This document shows positions 11,297-19,481 of a stretch of DNA of 64,000 nucleotides, piece by piece. The notes below the pieces were generated by a model. The model was not told where the DNA came from and made no database searches. It saw only the letters and a list, made by a program, of their open reading frames with translations. Source of the DNA: an uncultured delta proteobacterium (GTDB taxonomy: Bacteria; Desulfobacterota; Binatia; Binatales; Binataceae). The stretch is from the NCBI GenBank assembly GCA_963794325.1, contig CAWCDG010000008.1, positions 38,628-102,627 of the forward strand, written 5' to 3'. Numbering within the stretch: the stretch's first letter is position 1; each line of letters begins with the position of its first letter. The position numbers and the translations under genes are program-made.

Positions 11297-12046
11297 GTGG
11301 CCGAACCAGCTCGCAATATTTCCAAAGTGCAGCCGTTGAACGCCCGCGACAACGATCGTGTGCCCGAGCAGAAATCTGTCGCGCGCGAGTACGCAGAGGC
11401 GATGATCATCGCGCTCTTGCTCGCGGTTTTCATTCGTACGTTTTTCATCCAGGCGTACAAGATTCCGTCGGGCTCGATGGAGCCGACGCTGCTCATCGGC
11501 GATCACATCCTCGTAAACAAAATTATTTTCGGGTTGCGGATGCCCGATTCGATTTTCGGCCTCGAGATTCCCGGGCTCCCGCTCGGTCAGTACGTGTTCC
11601 ATCTCGAACCGGTGCATCGCGGCGACGTCGTTGTCTTCGTATTCCCGCCCGATCGCACCAAGGATTTCATCAAGCGCGTCATCGGAACTGCCGGCGATAC
11701 GATCGCAGTGAAGAACGGGGTCGTATGGCTTAACGGCTCGCCGATGGACGATCCGCACGCGCATCGCGAGGTCGCCGACACCGATCGCTCGCCCGTGTCG
11801 CCGCGTGACAACTTCGGACCCGTGACCGTCCCGCCGGGCAAACTGTTCATGATGGGCGACAATCGCGATCGCAGCTACGACAGCCGCTTTTGGGGTTTCG
11901 TCGATCTCAACGACGTCGAAGGACGCGCCACGATAATTTACCTGCCCTGGAATGAAGAAAAAGCCGACGCGGCATCGACGCTGAGCGAAGTCTTTCTGTG
12001 GTTCGAGTACCTCAGGTGGGATCGGCTCGGGATGATCGTGCACTAG
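11297..12046 (+). CDS. lepB: Signal peptidase I
   Basis: IPSGSMEPTL (Ser), FIKRVIG (Lys), MGDNRDRSYDSRFWG; follows lepA. Confidence 0.96.
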   Translation: MAEPARNISKVQPLNARDNDRVPEQKSVAREYAEAMIIALLLAVFIRTFFIQAYKIPSGSMEPTLLIGDHILVNKIIFGLRMPDSIFGLEIPGLPLGQYVFHLEPVHRGDVVVFVFPPDRTKDFIKRVIGTAGDTIAVKNGVVWLNGSPMDDPHAHREVADTDRSPVSPRDNFGPVTVPPGKLFMMGDNRDRSYDSRFWGFVDLNDVEGRATIIYLPWNEEKADAASTLSEVFLWFEYLRWDRLGMIVH

Positions 12047-12065
12047 CCCGAGCGGGGGATATCAC

Positions 12066-12665
12066 GTGGCGGACGAAGCGGTGAACCGGATTGGCGCGAT
12101 GCTCGAAGAATTGGGCGCGCGATTCGATCTGGTAGTCGAGGCTGTATCAGGATTCGGCGGACGCCTCGATACCTTGCGCGACGAAATCTTCGGCCAGTTC
12201 GCGGAAGTCGGCGGCCAGATTCGCTTTCTGTCCGAGCAGATCGCCGAGAATCGCCGGGGCATTGTCGCCTCGCGCGCCGATCTCGGCGCCGAGATGATCC
12301 GACTGGGCGAGGCGCTGGGCAAGGCGCGCGTCGAGTTCCGCGAGGAATTGTTGGCCGCGCAGACCGGGCTTCGAGGAGAATTCGCCGCGCGAGCGGTTGA
12401 GTTCCGCGATGAAACCGCACGCGCCGTCGCAACCACCGGACAGCAAGCTCTGAATTCAGGCGGCGAAACCGCCAAAGTACTCAAGCGCGAAATCGCATCG
12501 TCGGCCGAAATCGCAGCGAAGAAGCTTAGCGCCGATCTCAAACAGACCAACAAATCGCTGGCCAACCTCGCCCACAAATTTGACCGCTTCGACGATCGAA
12601 TCACGGTCCAGACCCGCGACCAGGATCAGCGCCTGCGCAAACTGGAACGCAAACGCGGCGCGTAA
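12066..12665 (+). CDS. Hypothetical helical/coiled-coil protein
   Basis: 199-aa ORF with amphipathic helical periodicity, in operon orientation; no recognisable motif. Confidence 0.6.
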   Translation: MADEAVNRIGAMLEELGARFDLVVEAVSGFGGRLDTLRDEIFGQFAEVGGQIRFLSEQIAENRRGIVASRADLGAEMIRLGEALGKARVEFREELLAAQTGLRGEFAARAVEFRDETARAVATTGQQALNSGGETAKVLKREIASSAEIAAKKLSADLKQTNKSLANLAHKFDRFDDRITVQTRDQDQRLRKLERKRGA

Positions 12666-12682
12666 CTCGCGCAGCGCGAGAC

Positions 12683-13919
12683 ATGCCTCTCTATGAAGCC
12701 GACCGTCACGAGCGGTTAATCGGCGCCGAGTGGAACGAGGATCGCGCACGCGAGGCGATCGATCGAATCGTCACCGACACGGACCGCAGGTTCGATCCCG
12801 ACGCGCTGTGGCCAATCCATCCGCTCGATCGCTCGCCCGAACGGCCTCCCGATTCCATCAAGTACCTCTACCATGGCGCGGGCGGAGTGATCTGGGCACT
12901 CAACTATCTAAACGAGACGGGTGCCACATCACTTAAGCGCGACTATCTTCCGACCGTGCGCCAACTGATTCCGCGAATTCGCGACGACATCGACAAATAT
13001 CCTGAAATGCGGAAATACATGGGCGCCGAAGTCTCGTCGTACCTCATCGGCGAGGCCGGAATTCTTTTGCTGCATTGGAAGATGGCGCCGTCCGAAGATG
13101 TCGCGCGGCAACTGTATGCCCATCTTGAAGCAAGAATCGGCGATCCGCGTGGGATCGCATGGGGCAGTGCGGGCGCGATGCTCGCGGCGCTCTTCATGGA
13201 CGAGCGCACCGATGACACGCGCTGGAAAGATCTCTTCCTCCGAAGTTTCGAAGCGCTGCACGATGCAGTGGAGCTACTCTGACGAAGCTCGATGCCATCT
13301 TTGGAACTCGAGTCTGTACGGCGTCACAGAAATCCGCATCGGAGCTATTCACGGATTCGCCGCCAATGCATTCGCGATGCTTCGCGGACGCCATTTGCTC
13401 GAGCCAAGTCTTGCAGACGAAACGCTGCGCCGAATCTACGAGGCTGTTCATGCGACCGCGCAGATCGAAGGGCCCCACGCGAATTGGCCCAACAACGTAG
13501 GACCCACATCGAGGCCGGCGGCGCTGCCCATGGTGGTGCAACACTGCAATGGAGCCCCAGGCATCATCAACTGTCTAGCGGAATTTCCGAACGACGCGCG
13601 TTGGTCCATCGATGGTCTGCTGCTTCAAGCCGGCGAACTCGTGTGGGACGCGGGGCCGTCCGTCAAAATGCCCAGCCTGTGTCACGGCGCCGCCGGCACT
13701 GGCTACGCTTTGCTGAAACTGTACGCGCGCACCGGCCACGACAAATGGCTGCATCGCGCGCGCAAGTTTGCGATGCACTCGATCGACCAGTGCGACCGAG
13801 CCCTCACTAAATATGGCCAGCGGAAATTTTCGCTCTGGACCGGAGACCTCGGTCTCGCGATCTATCTGTGGGACTGTGTGAGAGTTATCGCGGAGTTCCC
13901 CACGCTCGACGTCTTCTGA
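12683..13919 (+). CDS. Stand-alone LanC-like (lanthionine synthetase C family) protein; one +1 frameshift near 13262
   Basis: Joins ORFs 12683..13282 and 13098..13919; motifs YHGAGG, QHCNGAPG, SLCHGAAGTGYALLKL, SLWTGDLG; removing 1 nt gives 412 codons. Confidence 0.8.
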
Positions 13920-14112
13920 TACTAGTGTTCACGATCAGCCGGATGGTGCGCATAGTCAAAAATTAGCTGAATGGTGTTCTTCCTGTAACGGAAGACCACT
14001 GGTGTATCGATCGAGGCGGTGTCAGTTTCGAGGAGTTCTGAGCGGAGGACTATGAGCATCAACATGCCGCGCCCGCGGAGCCGGACGCACCGATTGAGCC
14101 CGAAGAACGCCG

Positions 14113-15438
14113 ATGGCTTCTGCCGCGCCGCCTAAGAGGAGTTCGGCGCCTGATCAAGCCGGATCTTCGCCCGGGCTTGGCGACCAGAACGACGCTCCGA
14201 ATGTTCGCCAGCTCGTCACCGCGATTGCGATCGTGTTCGCGTTCAACGGCTTCACGATGTCGATCAACGGCATCGGCTCCCCCTGGATCGCGAAGAGCTT
14301 TCACCTCGGCGAATCTGGAATCGCAACCCTGTTCGCGTGGATTTCATTCTCGGCGATCGGCGCGCTTGGACTCTCGCGGATGATCGATCGGTTAGGACGC
14401 CGCCGAATGCTGCTTGTATGCATGGCTGGCACTTCGGTGAGCGCGCTCGCCGCCGCTCTCTCCACCGGCATCGTCGCATTCGCGCTGTGCGAGATCGCGC
14501 TCTACGCCTTTATCGGGGCGACGGTCTCCGGCGGCGTCGTCATTCTCGCCGAGGAACTCCCCATCGATCTGCGCTCGCGAGGACAAAGCTGGGGCGGGCT
14601 GGGAATGGGTGCCGGCGGCGGCTTGTGTCTCACCATCATGCCGATCGTCACGAGTCATCATTCATGGCGATGGATGCTTGTGCTGGCGTCGGTGATGGGA
14701 GTCGTCGCGCTGTGGAGAGCGTCCCGCGTCATACGGGAAAGTGGGCGATGGCAACGCGCCGCCGCGAGCGGCACGACTTCGGCCAGCAGCTTCTACGACG
14801 TATTCGGAAAACTCTATCGACGGCGCGCGGTCACGATCCTGTTCTGCTCATTGCTGGGCAATATCGCGGGAATCGCAGCCAGCAGTTGGTCATACTTCCA
14901 CCTGGTCTCGGTCGTCGGATTGAACCCGGGCGTCGCCAGCGCACTGATGCTGATCGGCGGCGGCGTCGGGATGCTCGGCTTCCCGCTGGGCGCGCGAACA
15001 TGCGAGCGTTACGGCCGCATCCCGACAATCTTCGTGGCGGGCCTGATTACCGGCCTCGGCGCGCTGGCTTTCTACTGGGGTCCTCCGGCGCACTTGCCTC
15101 TTCGATGGCTCTGGATTGAGGTAACGTATTGCTGTTTCACCGCAGGCTTGAGCGCCGGACAAGTTGGCGGCAACTCGCTCGGAACCGAACTTTTCCCCAC
15201 AGCTATCCGCGGTGCGATGATGGGATGGTATTCGTTGATCGGTGCAGCCGCCGCCATCACCGCCCAAACTTTGATCGCAGTTCTCGCCACGCACCTCGGC
15301 GGCCTGTCAATCGTGGTCGGCTACCTGAGCCTGCTCGCAATCCCCAACGCGATAATCGTCGCACTGTTACTACCGGAAACCCGCGGCCTGTCGCTGGAAG
15401 CCGCCGCAATGGAAGATGCGTTCGAGAAGTCGCAGTAG
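14113..15438 (+). CDS. MFS transporter
   Basis: About 12 hydrophobic segments, motif A DRLGRRR, ELFPTAIRG, LPETRG; start uncertain. Confidence 0.88.
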   Translation: MASAAPPKRSSAPDQAGSSPGLGDQNDAPNVRQLVTAIAIVFAFNGFTMSINGIGSPWIAKSFHLGESGIATLFAWISFSAIGALGLSRMIDRLGRRRMLLVCMAGTSVSALAAALSTGIVAFALCEIALYAFIGATVSGGVVILAEELPIDLRSRGQSWGGLGMGAGGGLCLTIMPIVTSHHSWRWMLVLASVMGVVALWRASRVIRESGRWQRAAASGTTSASSFYDVFGKLYRRRAVTILFCSLLGNIAGIAASSWSYFHLVSVVGLNPGVASALMLIGGGVGMLGFPLGARTCERYGRIPTIFVAGLITGLGALAFYWGPPAHLPLRWLWIEVTYCCFTAGLSAGQVGGNSLGTELFPTAIRGAMMGWYSLIGAAAAITAQTLIAVLATHLGGLSIVVGYLSLLAIPNAIIVALLLPETRGLSLEAAAMEDAFEKSQ

Positions 15439-15456
15439 TGTTTCGCATGCGCGGGG

Positions 15457-15485
15457 TTGACCCACATCCAATGCGATCATAAATT
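15457..15485 (+). promoter_or_regulatory. Putative sigma70 promoter of the pyr operon
   Basis: TTGACC (15457-62)-N17-TAAATT (15480-85) in an AT-rich intergenic stretch just 5' of the PyrR hairpin. Confidence 0.55.
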
Positions 15486-15492
15486 CTAGTCA

Positions 15493-15523
15493 CCTTTAAA
15501 ACGCTACTGAGATAGCGAAAAGG
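15493..15523 (+). promoter_or_regulatory. PyrR-binding RNA hairpin (anti-antiterminator)
   Basis: CCTTTAAAA-CGCTA-CTGAGA-TAGCG-AAAAGG: UUUAA element, CNGNGA hexaloop and CCUUU/AAAGG lower stem, upstream of pyrR. Confidence 0.75.
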
Positions 15524-15551
15524 AATGACAATGAAAGTGTATGTTTTCCGA

Positions 15552-15582
15552 CCCGGCTGTTTTTGCAGCCGGGATTTTTTTT
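15552..15582 (+). terminator. Attenuator intrinsic terminator in the pyr leader
   Basis: CCCGGCTG-TTTTTG-CAGCCGGG followed by A and T8, ending 10 nt before the pyrR ATG. Confidence 0.85.
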
Positions 15583-15592
15583 GGGTGTCGCG

Positions 15593-16141
15593 ATGAGCGC
15601 TGCCTCCAACGTCGCTCTCGACTCGGCGCAGGTCGGGCGCTCCGTCAAGCGGATCGCGATGGAAATCGCGGAGCGCAACGGCGGGGCCGACAATGTCGTC
15701 CTCGTCGGAATCGTTCGCCGCGGCGCAACTCTCGCCGAACGAATTGCTGATGAGCTGCGCGTCAATGGCAAGCGCGAGGTTCCCGTCGGCACGCTGGACA
15801 TTTCGTCGTATCGCGATGACGGGAAGGGCGCGCCCGGCGACCCCCGGCTTATTGGCCGCGACATTCCTTTTTCACTGGACAGCAAGCGCGTCGTGCTCGT
15901 TGACGACGTCCTGTACACCGGGCGAACCGTGCGCGCCGCGCTCGACGCGATCTCCGACCTGGGCCGGGCCGAGTCAGTCCAGCTCGCGGTGCTGGTCGAT
16001 CGCGGAGAGCGCGAGCTTCCGATTCGCGCTGATTACGTCGGCAAGAACATCCAGGCCCCGCGCGGCCAGCGCGTATACGTGCGGCTCACTGAAATAGACG
16101 GCGCGGACGCCGTGGTGATTGGCAACGCAAACGGAAAATGA
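15593..16141 (+). CDS. pyrR: Pyrimidine operon attenuation protein/uracil phosphoribosyltransferase PyrR
   Basis: GIVRRG, LDISSYRDD, VLVDDVLYTGRTVRAA, VDRGERELPIRADYVGKN; start at ATG 15593. Confidence 0.94.
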   Translation: MSAASNVALDSAQVGRSVKRIAMEIAERNGGADNVVLVGIVRRGATLAERIADELRVNGKREVPVGTLDISSYRDDGKGAPGDPRLIGRDIPFSLDSKRVVLVDDVLYTGRTVRAALDAISDLGRAESVQLAVLVDRGERELPIRADYVGKNIQAPRGQRVYVRLTEIDGADAVVIGNANGK

Positions 16142-18125
16142 GGTCAAACGCGCGCGCTCGAAGCGCGACGAATATTGAAGTGTCACGCCTGGCAAAATTT
16201 GATGTCGTTTCGATCGAGGATCTCGAGACCTCGGACATCGAACGCATCTTTGCGCTCGCCGACGACTTCGCGGCTCAGCTCGAACGGGGCGAACAGATTA
16301 CGACTGCCGCCGGACTCATCATGGCGACGCTGTTTTACGAGCCTTCGACGCGCACCCGTCTCAGCTTCGAGTCTTCGATGCATCGCCTCGGCGGCGCCGT
16401 GATCAGCTCGGCCGATATGCAGGCGAGTTCCGCCGCCAAGGGCGAGAGCCTGGCCGACACCGTGCGCGTGGTCGCCGGCTATGCCGACCTGATCGTGCTG
16501 CGACATCCTCATGACGGTGCTGCGCGCGTCGCTGCCGAGTACGCGCCGTGCCCGGTGCTGAACGCCGGCGACGGCAGCCGCGAGCATCCCACTCAGACCC
16601 TGTGTGACCTCTACATCCTGCGTAAGAAAAAGGGCCGCCTGAAGGGACTCACTGTCGCGCTATGCGGCGATCTGAAATTTGGCAGAACCGTTCATTCGCT
16701 GATCTATGCGCTCGCGCGTTTCGGCGCGAATATCGTCGCCGTCCCGACTGCCGGCATGGAGGTTCCCGACTACGTCCTCGAACGCCTGGCCGCAGAGCGC
16801 AACTACAGTTTCTCGACTGTCACGATGGACGAGCTGAAGTCCCTGGCGGGCGGCCTCGATGCTCTTTATCTGACGCCCAGCGCGCCACATCAGATGGCGC
16901 TATTCACCGGCGACGACGCGCTGCGAACAATTCCGGCCGCCGAACCTCCAACCAATCTCGATGCGTTCTATGTCACGCGCTTGCAGAAGGAGCGCATGTC
17001 GGGGAAGGAGGCCGGCAGCTGCCGACTACGTCCGCTTCGACGCGCGCGCGCTGCGCACCAGCCGTACCAATGAAGCCGTCGTGATGCATCCGCTTGCCGC
17101 GCACCAACGAACTCGCGTACGAACTCGACACCGATCCGCGCGCGGTTTATTTCGAGCAGGCAGCCGCCGGCGTGCCGGTCCGGATGGCGTTGATCGCATG
17201 GCTGATGGAGAAAGCCGCCGCATCCGCCACTCCGCGCGAGACGAGCGAGGCGATTCGGTTCAAGGCAGAGATGCCCCCGCGGTGCTCGAATCCGAATTGC
17301 GTCACGCGCTTCGAGGGTGCGTATCTCCTGTCGCGATTCACGCTCGGCCGCAGCGCGGATACCGCGGTGCTCGTACTGAAGTGCGGCTTTTGCGAACGCG
17401 ATCTGAAAATCGAATACGTCGGCCATGCACGCTCGCATCGCTACTATCGCTTCGACGAAAACCTGCAAGGTTACGTTCAGCAATGGATCGAAGAAGGCTC
17501 GCTCGCCGTATTCGACAGTGTGAAGCAGGCCGAGGAAGGCGGATACGAGCCGTACAAGCGCGGCCCGCAGCGCGAAATCATGAACGATAAGGAAGTCGTT
17601 CGCGCGATCGAATCGCTCGCCGATCAGGTGATCGCCGACGTTCAGGACATGCCGAGCGTCTCGATTGTCGGTGTCGTCAGTCGTGGTGCGATGCTCGCGC
17701 TACGACTGCGCGATTTGATCGGTTCGAAGACTGGGGTCCTGCCGCGCTGCGCCGCACTCGACGTGTACAAACCCACCGATGCGTTGCAGCCGATCGATGG
17801 CACCGAAAACTTCGACGTTGAAGACCGTACGATAGTTCTGGTCGATGACGTGATTAACAGTGGATGGACCGTGCAGCGCGCGATGGCGACGATCTGGCAG
17901 CGCGGACGCCCGGCATCGGTAAAGCTGGCGGTACTGATCGATCGTGGACATCGCGCAGTTCCAATTCGGCCAAACTACGTCGGCAAGAACATCCCGACCT
18001 CGCGCACCGAGCGCGTGCAAGTGCGGCTCGGCACGGCCGGCAACGATCCGAAATCCAAATCGCACGACCACGTGACTATCTATTCAATCGTCGAACCGAT
18101 GAAAGAACCGGAGGCGGCGCATTGA
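16138..18125 (+). CDS. pyrB: Aspartate carbamoyltransferase fused to a PyrI-type Zn domain and a PyrR-like domain (about 661 aa; two +1 frameshifts near 17012 and 17094)
   Basis: FYEPSTRTRLSFE, KGESLADT, NAGDGSREHPTQ, GDLKFGRTVHSL, TRLQKER; continues in the next frames as DYVRFD..VVMHPL|PRTNEL..YFEQAAAGVPVRMALI; then CSNPNC..CGFC and LVDDVINSGWT..DRGHRAVPIRPNYVGKN. Confidence 0.85.
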
Positions 18126-19474
18126 GTTCGATTCTGCTCAGCGGAGGGCGCGTGATCGATCCCGCCAGCGCGCTCGACGGCGAGTATGAGGTGTTGCTGC
18201 GCGATGGCGAGATCGCGGCGGTGGAACCGGCCGGCACTCGCCTCGGCGATGCGACCTTAGTTGATGTGCGCGGATGCTGGATTGTACCGGGACTGATCGA
18301 TCCGCATGTACATTTGCGCGACCCGGGGTTTCCCGAAAAAGAAACAATCTTGACCGGCTTGCGGGCCGCTGCGGCTGGCGGTTTCACGACAGTGGCTGCG
18401 ATGGCGAACACGTCGCCGGTCAATGACAATCCAGCTATCACGCGCTACATGCTCGAGCGCGCCAGCGACGCCCATTCGGCGCGGCTGGTGCCGGTGTCCG
18501 CGGTCACCCAGGGACTCGGTGGTGTCGAGCCGGTCGACTTCGCCGCGATGCTTGAAGCGGGTGCGCGATTGTTCTCTGACGATGGCATTCCAATCGATGA
18601 TGCGATGATCCTCTCGCGCGCGATGGACGAAACCAGGCGGCTCGGTTATGCAGTCGCGCTCCACGAAGAAGACCGCGAGCTTTCCTGCAATGGAGCGCTG
18701 AACGCCGGCACCGTGTCGAAGCATCTGGGCGTCAGCGGTTATCCGGACTCGGCTGAATCGCAGCGCGTGCGACGCGATCTGGCGCTGGCGATTGGCTCGG
18801 GTGCGGCGGTTCATGTGTGTCACGTGTCGACACCTGAGTCGCTCGAACTTATTCGCGCCGCGCGTCGGCACGGTGCGCAGATCACGTGCGAAGTCACGCC
18901 GCATCATTTCGCACTGGACGAAAGCGCCGCGATGGTTTGGGGAACCAACGCCAAGATGAATCCTCCGCTGCGAAGCCACCACGACGTCGAGCAACTGCTC
19001 GCCGCGATTCGCGACGGCACTATCGACATGATCGCGACCGACCACGCGCCGCACGATCCCGATTCCAAGCGGATCGCGCAGGTTGGCGCCGTCTTCGGCC
19101 CGGGACATCCGGCGCCGCATCTTGACCACGCGGGCGCAGAGGAATTCGCGCATGCGGCGAACGGCGTCGTCGGCCTCGAAACCGCGCTCGGCCTCGCGCT
19201 TCAGTTAGTGCATCGATCGTTGATCGAGCCGGCGCGATTGATTGAAATGATGTCGGTCAATCCGGCGGCGTTGCTGAGGCTGCAAGCGGGAACGCTGGCG
19301 ATTGGCACGACTGCCGATATCACGGTGATCGATCCCAATCTCGAATGGACCGTTGCGCCGGAAAAGTTTCTGTCAAAGAGCCGCAACACTCCATTCGCAG
19401 GGATGCGGCTGAAGGGCACGGCCATTCTGACTATTGTCGGCGGCGAAATCGTTTACGACGGGAGGAAGGCGTAA
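18122..19474 (+). CDS. pyrC: Dihydroorotase
   Basis: PGLIDPHVHLRDPG, KMNPPLR, IATDHAPH, SKSRNTPF; TTG start overlapping the pyrB-fusion stop. Confidence 0.93.
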   Translation: MSSILLSGGRVIDPASALDGEYEVLLRDGEIAAVEPAGTRLGDATLVDVRGCWIVPGLIDPHVHLRDPGFPEKETILTGLRAAAAGGFTTVAAMANTSPVNDNPAITRYMLERASDAHSARLVPVSAVTQGLGGVEPVDFAAMLEAGARLFSDDGIPIDDAMILSRAMDETRRLGYAVALHEEDRELSCNGALNAGTVSKHLGVSGYPDSAESQRVRRDLALAIGSGAAVHVCHVSTPESLELIRAARRHGAQITCEVTPHHFALDESAAMVWGTNAKMNPPLRSHHDVEQLLAAIRDGTIDMIATDHAPHDPDSKRIAQVGAVFGPGHPAPHLDHAGAEEFAHAANGVVGLETALGLALQLVHRSLIEPARLIEMMSVNPAALLRLQAGTLAIGTTADITVIDPNLEWTVAPEKFLSKSRNTPFAGMRLKGTAILTIVGGEIVYDGRKA

Positions 19475-19481
19475 CGGAGCG

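Noticed and set aside
13920-14112. Possible riboswitch or N-terminal extension upstream of the MFS gene (hairpin TCTTCC/GGAAGA; protein-like alternative frame EDYEHQHAAPAEPD..)
   Set aside because: No full match to a riboswitch consensus I can recognise, and the alternative frame has no start codon; cannot be supported without reads or Rfam
17005-17100. Programmed ribosomal frameshifting in pyrB
   Set aside because: No slippery sequence, two successive +1 shifts would be needed, and similar indels occur in unrelated genes such as birA
16961-17590. 209-aa + strand ORF overlapping pyrB
   Set aside because: Only about 27 codons (ADYVRFD..VMHPL) are meaningful, as the middle frame of the frameshifted pyrB; not a separate gene
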